Assembly: GCA_045606105.1 (NCBI GenBank)
Contig: JAZURI010000001.1
Location: forward strand, 64,001-128,000
From: Spirochaetia bacterium
GTDB lineage: Bacteria; Spirochaetota; Spirochaetia; CADAEX01
Direction: 5' to 3'
Length of the DNA: 64,000 bases
Shown here: positions 8,480 through 17,573 of the stretch, piece after piece
How positions within the stretch are numbered: position 1 is the stretch's first letter
Layout of the letters: each line of letters starts with the position of its first letter
Position numbers and translations under genes: made by a program
Notes under the pieces: generated by a model
Told to the model about the DNA's origin: nothing
The model's input: only the letters and a program-made list of their open reading frames with translations
Databases searched by the model: none

Positions 8480-9002
8480 TCTCTTCCTTCGCCCTCATGT
8501 TCTTGACAATCTCTAGAATGGTCTTGAGCACGTCAGGATGCTGGTCTTTCAGCTCCTTGTTGAGCTCGGCTATGAAGTCTGCCTTTGCGGACTCATAGCC
8601 CTTGTTATATTTAAGCCGCTCTGCGGCAAGCTTGGTCTGCGATGTGGCAACCGCTGTAACCAGCTTCGAGATATCGCTGACCGATTTGAGTTCTATGCCG
8701 TCGATGTTCTTGATCTCCGACAGGAACTTGGTGGCGATTACGGCATTGATGGCCTCGATGACCTCGGTGCCGGGATTGTTCTTGATAGCTTCGGTAATGG
8801 CCTTGGCCTCTTCGTAGGCCAGGTTGTAATCTTTGGCAGCCTCTGCAGCGGTCTTGACAGTCCTCCGCACCGCCTCCCTGGATATATCTATGCCGTCCTG
8901 TCTGAGGATGGCCTCAATCTGTTTGCATGTGGTTCCTTTCTTGTAGAGCCTGGTTATGCGCTCGACAAGCCCCAGCAGTTCTGCTTTTGACTTTCTACCC
9001 AT
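8472..9002 (-). CDS. Mu gp27/DUF3486-like putative terminase small subunit
   Basis: MGRKSK start, HTH with ISREAVRR, position immediately before large terminase. Confidence 0.75.
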   Translation of the reverse strand: MGRKSKAELLGLVERITRLYKKGTTCKQIEAILRQDGIDISREAVRRTVKTAAEAAKDYNLAYEEAKAITEAIKNNPGTEVIEAINAVIATKFLSEIKNIDGIELKSVSDISKLVTAVATSQTKLAAERLKYNKGYESAKADFIAELNKELKDQHPDVLKTILEIVKNMRAKEENG

Positions 9003-9003
9003 A

Positions 9004-9291
9004 TCACGGCTCCGGTACTATTGTGATGCCTGGATCTTCCTTTGTGCCATCTGTGATGTCAATTCCATCCGGTGTGATCCGGTACAGCACAATCTTCTCG
9101 TGCGGTTTGTACGGATGCGGCCGCTCGATTTTCTCCAGATATTTTCTTCCTGCCAGGTATTCCAGGGCTTTCTCTATGTCCCCAACGTGGTGATATTCGA
9201 AGAAGACCCCGATTACAGTCACCTTCTCCACATCGCGGGGATAAATCTCAGCAAGGAAGCTGAGTATCTTGCCTCTTAAAATATTCTTCAT
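9004..9291 (-). CDS. Mu gp26-like winged-helix protein
   Basis: LRG.IL..L, ALEYL..R.Y, YRITPDGID..DG....PGI pattern; synteny. Confidence 0.65.
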   Translation of the reverse strand: MKNILRGKILSFLAEIYPRDVEKVTVIGVFFEYHHVGDIEKALEYLAGRKYLEKIERPHPYKPHEKIVLYRITPDGIDITDGTKEDPGITIVPEP

Positions 9292-9296
9292 TTATT

Positions 9297-9638
9297 CTAT
9301 CCTTTGTTCATGTATTCCATTATCAGATGACGGATCTCCTTTATCTCCTCGCGCCAGCCACCAAGGTCTTTGTAGTGGTCCTCCTTGGTGACATAGTCGC
9401 GTTCTATTCCGGCGATACGCTCCCTCAGCTCGTCAATCATCTCCTGAAGCTTCTGGTCCCGGCTGTTTGAGGCTTTCTTCACCTCGTCCAGCTCCGACTT
9501 CAGGGCATTGAGCTCGCTCTTCAAGTCCTTGAACTCGCCCTTGATCTCGCGCATGAAAAACCAGATTGCCAGAAGGACTGCCAGGATGGTGGGGACGGCC
9601 CCGAAATCCTTAAAAAGTGTCATGATGAATGTTTCCAT
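9297..9638 (-). CDS. Membrane-anchored coiled-coil phage protein (Mu gp25 position)
   Basis: N-terminal TM, heptad region, YVTKED motif. Confidence 0.6.
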   Translation of the reverse strand: METFIMTLFKDFGAVPTILAVLLAIWFFMREIKGEFKDLKSELNALKSELDEVKKASNSRDQKLQEMIDELRERIAGIERDYVTKEDHYKDLGGWREEIKEIRHLIMEYMNKG

Positions 9639-10009
9639 GCTCTCACTCCTTTATATGTAATACAGCCCAAAAGGCTGATTATGATGCCAGCTCCGACCCC
9701 GGCGGCGAAGAACTTTCCCAGGGGAGCCTTTTCCTGCGGCTCCTTAGCCTCAGCCTTGGTCTTCCAGAACTCCACCTGGGGGGCATATTCCTTGACTCCG
9801 GCCTTGTACCCCTCGGCATAAGCCTCGTCAATGGAAGCCTCAGCCTCTGCGGTCAGGTCATCAACGATCTGATTCACTTCTTCTTCGCTGTATACGTTCT
9901 GCGAGTCTTGCCCTGAAGTCGGCCTTGATACGCTCTCTTGTGCGTATGTGGGCATCAGCATCAGGACTATCAGCAAGCAGCTCATCAGCAGCTTTTTCCT
10001 TGACCTCAA
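9620..10009 (-). CDS. Signal-peptide plus C-terminal TM protein, possible spanin-like lysis component
   Basis: Hydrophobic leader ending TYA-Q, C-terminal TM; overlaps upstream gene by 149 nt in another frame. Confidence 0.5.
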   Translation of the reverse strand: MRSRKKLLMSCLLIVLMLMPTYAQESVSRPTSGQDSQNVYSEEEVNQIVDDLTAEAEASIDEAYAEGYKAGVKEYAPQVEFWKTKAEAKEPQEKAPLGKFFAAGVGAGIIISLLGCITYKGVRAWKHSS

Positions 10010-10172
10010 TTTCCTTCTCCTTCTTCCTGACCTCGGCTTTCTCCTCCACCACCTTGGCCTTTTCTTTCGCCACCTTGGCAGAGACCTGCTTCCTGCGCAG
10101 CAGGCTTCCTACAGCCAGCCCTCCGAGGAATGCCCCGACCAGCCACTTTATCCAGTCAAGAATCTTTCTCAT
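9861..10172 (-). CDS. N-terminal TM coiled-coil protein, i-spanin-like
   Basis: MRKILDWIKWLVGAFLGGLAVGSLLRR then charged helix; in lysis cluster. Confidence 0.5.
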   Translation of the reverse strand: MRKILDWIKWLVGAFLGGLAVGSLLRRKQVSAKVAKEKAKVVEEKAEVRKKEKEIEVKEKAADELLADSPDADAHIRTRERIKADFRARLAERIQRRRSESDR

Positions 10173-10443
10173 GGTGCAGGAACCTCTTTGCAATAAGCTC
10201 ATAGCCGGACACCGCCAGCATGAATATGACCGCATCCCAGAAAAAAACCTGGTCGGCGGGAATGAAGCCTCCGAACGCCAGCAGGGTGGACATAATTCCG
10301 GCCCATAACGCCGGGAACAGGATTTTGTATCCCTTGAACATATCCCTGCGGTCGAGCTTCTTGATCAGCTCCGAGCCCAGAACTGTGCAGACAACTGCAA
10401 TCAGCACCGGAGCCGGAAGGTAAGATGACAGAACAGATTCCAT
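10156..10443 (-). CDS. Putative holin
   Basis: 95 aa, 2-3 TM segments, charged C-terminus, right after putative endolysin; RBS AGGAGG. Confidence 0.6.
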   Translation of the reverse strand: MESVLSSYLPAPVLIAVVCTVLGSELIKKLDRRDMFKGYKILFPALWAGIMSTLLAFGGFIPADQVFFWDAVIFMLAVSGYELIAKRFLHHEKDS

Positions 10444-10451
10444 AATTCCTC

Positions 10452-10979
10452 CTATGCGGTCCTTATGGTGCCGTCAAGGATCTGCCCTTTCTGGACACCT
10501 AGACAAACCAGGGTGTCATTGAAGTCCTCAAGATCCCGGCTTGACAATATGAAGCAGCCGCCTGACCAGGCAAAATTTGTGTCGTTTCCTGTCTTGAAAG
10601 AATAGCGGTCATGTATAAGCCAGCGGCCGTTCTGGAATCCTCCGGCCGTGTTCTGCATGGCATTGTGGTCGACCCACTCGCAGTCCACGTCGAAGGTATT
10701 GATTATGGCATGAATGTGGCCATGGAACAGTCTCGGATCCACGAAACAGCGGACCTGGAATTTCCCGTCGGCTATGGTGTCATGTGTGTCATAGTCTGGA
10801 TGGTTGGCCACGGTCTGGCACTGGTAGGAGCGGATCTTCCGTCCGCCCTTGAGAATAGATATCACATCCAGGGAGTTGTTCTTCCAGTTGTTCGCAAACG
10901 AATTCTTTGTGCTGTCGACCTTATAGAAGAAGGACTCCTTACGTCGCTCAACAAGTATAGATATACTATTATCAATCAT
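10452..10979 (-). CDS. Putative endolysin with L,D-transpeptidase (YkuD/DUF5675-like) catalytic motif
   Basis: WLIH...WSGGCFIL (His...S-x-G-C); first gene of leftward late operon. Confidence 0.55.
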   Translation of the reverse strand: MIDNSISILVERRKESFFYKVDSTKNSFANNWKNNSLDVISILKGGRKIRSYQCQTVANHPDYDTHDTIADGKFQVRCFVDPRLFHGHIHAIINTFDVDCEWVDHNAMQNTAGGFQNGRWLIHDRYSFKTGNDTNFAWSGGCFILSSRDLEDFNDTLVCLGVQKGQILDGTIRTA

Positions 10980-11033
10980 ACCCGCATATTACATCGCCTG
11001 CAGTGAGCTTGTATATTTGAAGTAGTTCAAAAA
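10980..11033 (-). promoter_or_regulatory. Leftward late promoter (putative Mor-binding dyad plus -10)
   Basis: TTTTTGAACTACTTCAA (11017-11033, minus) 37 nt before ATG 10979; -10 TAATAT; identical architecture at 19847-19900. Confidence 0.75.
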
Positions 11034-11039
11034 GTGACG

Positions 11040-11324
11040 TCAATCGTCATCGTCAGCGAACAGCCACAGCACATCCCGGTTGGGGTCCAGGTGCTCAGGC
11101 GCTGTGATCTTTCTGATCTGCCGGGTGGTGAGGTTGTATCTGCGTGACAATTCACGGTAGGAGGCCCCGGCGGCGAACTCCTCCCGGATCTTCTCATACT
11201 TGTGGTACACGAGGGCATTTTTGGGGAAGTAAACATTCTCGCCCGCGAAGAGCTGGCACAGCTTCATGGCGGCATCCTTGCCCACAGCCGCAATTATCTG
11301 TTCAATCTGCTCGAATTCCCTCAC
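11040..11324 (-). CDS. Mor/C family transcription activator
   Basis: VG..AA.KL...F.GE.VYFPK, IREEF..G.S..ELSRRYNLT.RQIR.I signature. Confidence 0.9.
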   Translation of the reverse strand: MREFEQIEQIIAAVGKDAAMKLCQLFAGENVYFPKNALVYHKYEKIREEFAAGASYRELSRRYNLTTRQIRKITAPEHLDPNRDVLWLFADDDD

Positions 11325-11734
11325 GCGGGTTCCTCCTTGTTAATGGACATTTGGCGCAGAGCCTCAATGACTTTGGAGGCTTCCCTGCGGTTCAGTTCCC
11401 CCAGGGTCAGGGCATGGGTGATCCTGTTCACAAAGGCATCAAGCGCCTCGGGTGCAGGATTCCTGGCAGTATTCTCCCACAGCGATCTGATATAGCTTTC
11501 CTGTGCTCTTGTTATGAATGAACGGGCAGTACCACCCCTTGACCGCCTGGGCATGAAACCCAGCTTCTTGAAGGCAGCCATAATGCTGTCCACCTGATCT
11601 TCGCTCTTGAGGTCTGCCGCAGATGTGATCCCTGCGCATGAGATAAGCAGCTCTCTGTACTCGTCGTCGGAGAGTCCGCACTGAACCTTCGCAATATGGA
11701 TGGCAGCAATCTTCTGCTTTCTCTTATATATCAT
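11321..11734 (-). CDS. GemA/gp16 (DUF1018) family protein
   Basis: IAAIHIAK..GLSDDEYRELL....G..S..DL, EASKVIEALR motifs. Confidence 0.85.
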   Translation of the reverse strand: MIYKRKQKIAAIHIAKVQCGLSDDEYRELLISCAGITSAADLKSEDQVDSIMAAFKKLGFMPRRSRGGTARSFITRAQESYIRSLWENTARNPAPEALDAFVNRITHALTLGELNRREASKVIEALRQMSINKEEPA

Positions 11735-11795
11735 TCCCCCTCCCCAAAACATGGGGCTGGTGGGATATCCCACCAGTTCCCCTCCCGTGCTGCAT

Positions 11796-12308
11796 TTAAG
11801 CCGTCTTAGCCTTCAGCAGCTCTGCATTGACCTCTTCCTTTTTTGCTTCGCAGAAGAAGTCGTCCTTCACCCGGCGGGCTGCATCCACATTCCGCAGCTG
11901 CTCGTCGTCAAGCTCCGCCATGAGGTCCTTGTTAGGCTCTTCTTTGATCCTGATGTACTTCTCCATGCCCAGCTTATGGAGCAGCTCCACGCAGGTCTTC
12001 TTGCAGGTGATTGATGTGCTCTTGCGGAATCCGAAGATGCCGGAGCTGAGCTCCACGGTCTTCTTGTCCTTGAACAGCTCATCCCTGTTGTACTGAGCAA
12101 ATGCACCGATCATGCTGGAGAGCTCTGCTATGCGTTTACGTTTCTCCTCGCCATCGGCAGCTGCTTTTGCCCGGATGTCTGCAATTCTCTTGTCAGCTGC
12201 CATGTCAATCTTGGCCAGCTCCTTCTCAAGAGTTCCAATCTCCATGAGTGTGGCATCCACATCCTCAAGGCTGGTGAGCTTCTTAAGCTCTGGTTTGATC
12301 CTTGCCAT
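11796..12308 (-). CDS. gam: Host-nuclease inhibitor Gam family protein
   Basis: KKTVELSSGIFGFRKS, YIRIKEEPNKD motifs. Confidence 0.88.
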   Translation of the reverse strand: MARIKPELKKLTSLEDVDATLMEIGTLEKELAKIDMAADKRIADIRAKAAADGEEKRKRIAELSSMIGAFAQYNRDELFKDKKTVELSSGIFGFRKSTSITCKKTCVELLHKLGMEKYIRIKEEPNKDLMAELDDEQLRNVDAARRVKDDFFCEAKKEEVNAELLKAKTA

Positions 12309-12545
12309 CTATTTCTCCTTTAAAAAAGTGTTATCCTTGATAAAATCCGCAATCTTACGCACCTCTGTCTGAAGATCGCTTATCTGTTTTCGGGTGTTCT
12401 TGTCCACGGAATACATGAAGGCATCTATCAGTTTTTCCCGGACCAGTGTCAGCTGGTTTTGAAGGTAACATATCCCTTCCTCCTCTAGGTTCAAAAATCG
12501 GGCCGCCTCTCCTGTCCGTTTCAACGGGTTGTATGACTCAGGCAT
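12309..12545 (-). CDS. Hypothetical phage protein
   Basis: Translationally coupled between neighbours in early operon. Confidence 0.6.
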   Translation of the reverse strand: MPESYNPLKRTGEAARFLNLEEEGICYLQNQLTLVREKLIDAFMYSVDKNTRKQISDLQTEVRKIADFIKDNTFLKEK

Positions 12546-13203
12546 TATCTTCCTCCTTGTTCTGGTCTTTCTCTACATGGCTGTAGTATTTCTCAATCGC
12601 TTTCTGCATATCCTTGCGCATATTCTCATAGCTGAGCTTGAGAGCAGGGTTCTCTGGAGATGTTATAAAGATATCCACAACCTTGACCGGAACATCTTCG
12701 CCCCGCCGTACAAGCCAGAATGATGACTCGTTGTCATTGATGGACTCAAGCCGGTAGTTGTCAAGCTCCACCTTTGCAAGGGGTGACTTCTTGAACGATT
12801 CTTCCCAGGGAAACGCCACCTGTTCCTCGGCAGCCCCGAGGTTGTAGTGCTTGTGTTCTGTAAGGGCCTGCTGCTCCTTGTTGCATGAAGCGATAGCCTT
12901 GAGAGCTTCGGACACGGTAAGCCCCTGGATTGCCTCCGGATTCGCCCGGAAATGATGGTATATTTTTATGCTGTTGGCGGCATGGCGTTCCGGGATATTG
13001 AGCAGCTGGTAAAAGTCTTTAAGCTTATAACCGTGGGGGGCTTCGTTCCACAGCTCTTCAAGCTTTCTTCCTGCCTCGAAATACAGCTCGACGGCGCTCA
13101 TTATGGCCTCGTGGGCTCTGCCCGTGCATTCCTCCACCTGTGCATACAGGGCAAGGAGCTCCTCCCTGGGGCTTTTTGCCACTTCGTTCTTTCCTTTTTT
13201 CAT
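12538..13203 (-). CDS. Hypothetical early phage protein (DUF3102-like N-terminus)
   Basis: YFEAGRKL......PHG pattern; ATGA overlap with MuB stop. Confidence 0.6.
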   Translation of the reverse strand: MKKGKNEVAKSPREELLALYAQVEECTGRAHEAIMSAVELYFEAGRKLEELWNEAPHGYKLKDFYQLLNIPERHAANSIKIYHHFRANPEAIQGLTVSEALKAIASCNKEQQALTEHKHYNLGAAEEQVAFPWEESFKKSPLAKVELDNYRLESINDNESSFWLVRRGEDVPVKVVDIFITSPENPALKLSYENMRKDMQKAIEKYYSHVEKDQNKEEDNA

Positions 13204-14111
13204 CTGAAGTTCCTCCTTATCACTTTGCTGGCCGCTATCTCGATGATGTCCGGGTCCGGCTCGGTAAGCTTGTTGAGCAGCATTGCGCTCTGGGTCCGCT
13301 CGATTATCCTGGTGAACTGCCGGACATCTGTCCTGGCCACGGAGTAGACCGCATCGAAGCAGTCTTTGTCAAAACTAGGCCATACCGAACGCATGATTGT
13401 CTCGGCATCCTTCTTGGAAAGACCTCCCAGTGGCAGATATACACCTATGCGGCTCTCCAGCTGCCGATGATCTTCCTTCAGATTCTGGATTATATTCTTG
13501 AGTCTGGGCAGGCCTATAAGAACCAGCCCCGACTGCCCCAGGTCATAGACAAGGCGGCGGGTAAACTCAAGCGCATCCGAGCGCAGATAATCTGCCTCGT
13601 CCAGAATGACAACCATGTCCCTGTCATGCAGCGCATCGGCTGTGTTCTTGACCAGAGTCTGGAACTGCACCCTGGCGGTGTCCAAACCAAGCCGGCGGGC
13701 TATCTCCTGAACCATCATCTTCTTGTTCATTCCGGCCACCACCTCGATCAGGATTGTGCTCCGCTCGTTCTCCCTGGCATACCATTTGGCTGCGGTGGAT
13801 TTACCGCTTCCGGCATCGGCCACAATCAAAGCAATATCCTTCTCGGCATGTGCCATTGAAATGGCGTTGACTATGCGGCGCAGGTCGTCAGTCTCCACCA
13901 CGGGGACAGTCTTTCTGGAATGCGCCTGTTCAAGCCTAGCCAGCCATTTGACTATGGCTTCCTCCAGCTTGGTCACATCACCGGCATAGGTGCCGGCCCT
14001 GTAGGAGCTGAGTGCAGCTCCTGAATAGTTCATGTCCTTGGCCGCCCGGTTCTGGCTGATTCTGTACCGGGCCATCGCATCATTAAGCTTTTGCTTTATC
14101 TGCTCGTTCAT
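13200..14111 (-). CDS. MuB-like transposition AAA+ ATPase
   Basis: N-terminal HTH (GTYAGD), Walker A ADAGSGKST, Walker B ILDEAD, LVLIG, QLESRIG. Confidence 0.92.
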   Translation of the reverse strand: MNEQIKQKLNDAMARYRISQNRAAKDMNYSGAALSSYRAGTYAGDVTKLEEAIVKWLARLEQAHSRKTVPVVETDDLRRIVNAISMAHAEKDIALIVADAGSGKSTAAKWYARENERSTILIEVVAGMNKKMMVQEIARRLGLDTARVQFQTLVKNTADALHDRDMVVILDEADYLRSDALEFTRRLVYDLGQSGLVLIGLPRLKNIIQNLKEDHRQLESRIGVYLPLGGLSKKDAETIMRSVWPSFDKDCFDAVYSVARTDVRQFTRIIERTQSAMLLNKLTEPDPDIIEIAASKVIRRNFR

Positions 14112-14247
14112 TTTTACTCTCTCTTTTCGGCACAATTATCTCTGCTATCTTGGCGGCAGTTACATTCAACGCCTTCTTTATATATCTCTTGCTTCTGAGT
14201 TTCTTCCTCAGTTCCTCAATTTCCTGCTCTGTTAAACATTCAGTCAT
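14083..14247 (-). CDS. Small basic hypothetical protein
   Basis: ATG overlaps lipase stop (ATGACTGA); fills gap before MuB. Confidence 0.5.
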   Translation of the reverse strand: MTECLTEQEIEELRKKLRSKRYIKKALNVTAAKIAEIIVPKRESKNERADKAKA

Positions 14248-14851
14248 ACAGTTCTCCCTTGCCATATCCTATGTGGTATTTTTTCACCTTGAAGATCTCA
14301 ATCAGGCTGAAGCGCCTGCCAACCCAGTGGCTGTTCACATGACAGAATCCGGGCAGAGGCGGAGTGTATGGCACAATATCGTTCGGCTGCCGATACTGGA
14401 CAGCACAGCAGCACTGGACTATGTACTCTGCGGTCTTCTTGGAACCACACACCTTAGGAGCTCCGAATGTGAACACATCGGCCTTCCGTCCGGTTCTCCA
14501 GAACAGATCCTCCGCAGCCAGAAGCGCTATTGCGCCGCCCAGGCTCCAGCCCGCAATTATAGGCTTGGCATCAGGATGCTTAAGACATTCCTGGATTATG
14601 TCATGGATCACCTGGTCGTTTCCGGACTTCCACAGCATGCCAAAACCGCCGTGGACAACCATGCAGGAAGTCTGGTTCTTATACAGCTTCCGGGCAAACC
14701 GGAAGTCATTCCAATAGTCCCGCCAGCTCATGCTACCTTGGAAGAGCAGGGCGGGCCGACCCCCGATCTCTGTCACGCAGTAGTCAAGATCAGCTCCAAC
14801 AGTCTTATAATCTGCGTGTTTTATAAGGCTGAAGAGTTCGTTCTGTCTCAT
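14240..14851 (-). CDS. Class 3 lipase (alpha/beta hydrolase)
   Basis: FQGS, VHGGF, nucleophile elbow GWSLGG, FTFGAPKV, NDIVP..PP, terminal His. Confidence 0.85.
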   Translation of the reverse strand: MRQNELFSLIKHADYKTVGADLDYCVTEIGGRPALLFQGSMSWRDYWNDFRFARKLYKNQTSCMVVHGGFGMLWKSGNDQVIHDIIQECLKHPDAKPIIAGWSLGGAIALLAAEDLFWRTGRKADVFTFGAPKVCGSKKTAEYIVQCCCAVQYRQPNDIVPYTPPLPGFCHVNSHWVGRRFSLIEIFKVKKYHIGYGKGELYD

Positions 14852-16776
14852 TGTTCCTCCTTGTCATCATCCTGCAGATTGAGGTAATCGCTATCCCTCC
14901 TGTCGTACAGGTCGATATATTTATTCTTTGTCTTTTTTCTTGCCGGCTTCGGAAGCTGCTCCGATTCCGGCTTCTTATCCAGGAGGCCAAGCTCCTGGTC
15001 AACTTCAATAACATCGCCCTGGTGATAGATTCCGCCCGCCACATCGGCAAGGGTCTGGAATCCCTCCGGTGCGGCCACTTCGGGCAGGCCACGCTCGGCC
15101 ACAGCCACAAGCCCCTGTTGTCTTGCACCGGTAAGCCTCCGGATGCTTTCCTTGAAGTCGCTTCCTTCCAGGAAGAAGTTCCCCCGGGCATTGCATATAT
15201 GCTCGCCCTTGAGAGTGCTTACCGACACCTCGTCGTCGCTAATCAGGCTGGTGTATACACGCACCTCGGTGCCCACATACATCTGCAGGTCAGGGTGCCA
15301 GTAGTTCACGCCGCCAACCTTGACACCGTTCCGGCCGCACTTGCGGATCTCGCCTGTGCATAATGCTGCCGCCAGGGTCTCCTTGCTGACCCTGCGAACC
15401 TGTGAAGGGTCATAGTTCTCCTGGAACACCTGGCTTCTGGTCTTTCCCTCCATGCCCTTGCCCTGGCTCTCGAATCTGTCGTTGATATAGAGGACCATCT
15501 TATTAGCGAACGCTAGGAACTCATCCCAGGAGGGGATATCGTCTCTTTTAGCCTTTCCATCAATGGAGCGGAACATAAGCTGCGCATCCTCCGGCTGGGT
15601 GCGTGTGTCACTTCCCAGGTAGGTACCGAAATCCTTGGCCAGGTATTCGGCCAGGATACGGAAATAGCGCTCCTGCCTGCCTTTTGACTTGCCATTATAT
15701 GTCCGGGTGAAGTGCACCTCGCTTCCTACAATGTTGAAAATGCCTGAGAAGCGCACCTCGGTTTCCTCGCTCATTCCCTCCGGGGTCATAGTCCTGGCGG
15801 TGGTGGTCCAGCCGTTGAGGATCTTCGATCGGTAGTCCTTGCCGTTGTCAAAAAGCAGCTCCCTGGGCACTCCGTACTGCAACACAGCCATGTAGTAGGC
15901 CACAATGATGGAGAGGCTCGACGGCCGGACACTGAAGCACCAGCCTAAAACCTTGCCGCTCCGGTAGTCCTGCATGGTGGTGATCCACGGCCGCACCAGC
16001 TTGCCGTGGTACATGCACACGCAGTCCAGGACATGGTGATCGGAAACCACCCGGTCCATCGACTTGTAGGCCTCCACGTTCTGTTCCATATAGGGCAGGT
16101 ATCTGTTCTCGAACTGGCTGTCGCCCAGCCGGTACTTGTCCCTTATAGCGGGCGGTATCGACTTGAGGAACCGCGCAGCCGTGGAATATGTGCACCGGCT
16201 GTAGGGCACGTTGGCCTTCATAAGCCTGAGCGCATGGCTCATGGTGGGCTGAGAGGTCTGCAGCCAGAATTTGGCCAGCAGATTCTTCTCGGTCTCCGTC
16301 AGCTGCTCTCCTGCGCCGCCCCGGCTTATGCCGTAGCGCGGTGTCACGCCGCTGGCCCCGTTTGCGGTCCAGTCGCGCAGCCATCTGTAGAAAGTGGCCA
16401 GCGACACCTCGCCCAGCTTGCTGTAGATCACTTTTTCTATCTGCTGGCTGTTGTAGGCTTCCACAAAGTCCTGCTTCCTCATGCCGCTGTGGCGGAATGA
16501 TAGCAGCAGGGCGCTCCGCCATGTGGCGGTCTCCCTGGACTTGTCGCTCGCAGCCATGTAAGCCTGTCCGGCCAGGACAGCGCCGCCCTCGCGCTCCTTG
16601 TTCTGCCTTGCGGCGAGCATGAAGCGGATGTCCATGGGCAGCCGGTTCTCCACAAACTGGAGCCCGCCGGATCTCTCGACGCAGGGCCAGCCCTCTTTCC
16701 GCGCCCTCTCAAGCACAGACTTGCGGGTTATGCCCAGCACGTCGGCCAGCTCTCTGGTTCTGACATAATCACTCAT
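14848..16776 (-). CDS. MuA-like DDE transposase
   Basis: N-terminal Mu DNA-binding HTH (ERARKEGW), catalytic SDHH / FDNGKDY / SKGRQERYF, C-terminal Mu-transpos_C-like region. Confidence 0.95.
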   Translation of the reverse strand: MSDYVRTRELADVLGITRKSVLERARKEGWPCVERSGGLQFVENRLPMDIRFMLAARQNKEREGGAVLAGQAYMAASDKSRETATWRSALLLSFRHSGMRKQDFVEAYNSQQIEKVIYSKLGEVSLATFYRWLRDWTANGASGVTPRYGISRGGAGEQLTETEKNLLAKFWLQTSQPTMSHALRLMKANVPYSRCTYSTAARFLKSIPPAIRDKYRLGDSQFENRYLPYMEQNVEAYKSMDRVVSDHHVLDCVCMYHGKLVRPWITTMQDYRSGKVLGWCFSVRPSSLSIIVAYYMAVLQYGVPRELLFDNGKDYRSKILNGWTTTARTMTPEGMSEETEVRFSGIFNIVGSEVHFTRTYNGKSKGRQERYFRILAEYLAKDFGTYLGSDTRTQPEDAQLMFRSIDGKAKRDDIPSWDEFLAFANKMVLYINDRFESQGKGMEGKTRSQVFQENYDPSQVRRVSKETLAAALCTGEIRKCGRNGVKVGGVNYWHPDLQMYVGTEVRVYTSLISDDEVSVSTLKGEHICNARGNFFLEGSDFKESIRRLTGARQQGLVAVAERGLPEVAAPEGFQTLADVAGGIYHQGDVIEVDQELGLLDKKPESEQLPKPARKKTKNKYIDLYDRRDSDYLNLQDDDKEEQ

Positions 16777-16798
16777 ACAATCCCCCTGATGATTAGCC

Positions 16799-17083
16799 TC
16801 ATGCCATCCTGAGCTTGGCCTCTGCCTCCATGTGGAGCAGGTCGCCGTTGGTCCGCACCGGGAAAAGATATTCCACCGGCAGCCTGAAGAACGCGGCTAT
16901 GCGGCTCTCCAGCTTGCGAGCCCGGTCTCGGCCGGAAATAATCTGGCTGACATAGGCTTGCGATACGCCAACTCTTTCTGCCAGCTCGGTTATTGTCATC
17001 CCATGCTTGGCCAGCTCCACCTTGCACCTGGTAAGCCGTTCCCGGTCCACCGCGTATGGTCTCTTTGCTTTCTGCAACAGCAT
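16799..17083 (-). CDS. Ner/Cro-like XRE HTH regulator
   Basis: GMTITELAERVGVSQAYVSQIISG; RBS AAGGAGG; Ner position upstream of transposase. Confidence 0.8.
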   Translation of the reverse strand: MLLQKAKRPYAVDRERLTRCKVELAKHGMTITELAERVGVSQAYVSQIISGRDRARKLESRIAAFFRLPVEYLFPVRTNGDLLHMEAEAKLRMA

Positions 17084-17258
17084 CGTTGTCCTCCTTATAT
17101 AGTTATGGCAGGCTTGCAGGGCTGCCATATCTCCGGGCCTGCCTGACAGGCCGCCCGGTCTTATTAATTTTTTCCTTTATAAAAAGCTCCACCCCGTGGT
17201 AAGATAGGAGAGAGTAATACCACAAACCACGAGGAGAGCAAAAATGACAAAGAAATAA

Positions 17259-17573
17259 ATGACAAAAGAAAGAATGCTGCATATCGCAAGCGTGCGGCTG
17301 TATCACCATTGGCAGAAACTTTATCCTGGCAAGTTCAAGCAGAAGAAACCCGCAAAAAAGTTTGTGGAGGATCAGCATGCTGCTCATACCAAGCTTACGT
17401 ACTATATTCTTACCGGTGCGAAAGCCGGAGAGAGGCTGGAGGCTTTTCTGATTGCTTGTGATACGCAGGAAATCCATCTGTTAGTCTCCAAGGACGCGAC
17501 CGTTCCCACAATGATGGATGAAATTGATCTGCTTATTGAGAAGAGCAAGAAACTTGTGGCACAGATTCCCTGA
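17259..17573 (+). CDS. Hypothetical protein (accessory, opposite to early operon)
   Basis: 104-aa ORF in immunity region. Confidence 0.5.
   Translation: MTKERMLHIASVRLYHHWQKLYPGKFKQKKPAKKFVEDQHAAHTKLTYYILTGAKAGERLEAFLIACDTQEIHLLVSKDATVPTMMDEIDLLIEKSKKLVAQIP

Noticed and set aside
13140-13859. 239-aa + strand ORF
   Set aside because: Antisense to MuB; typical shadow ORF of GC-rich coding DNA
15848-16522. 224-aa same-strand alternative-frame ORF inside transposase
   Set aside because: Low-complexity Arg/Ala/Gly composition expected from GC3 bias; no RBS or domain
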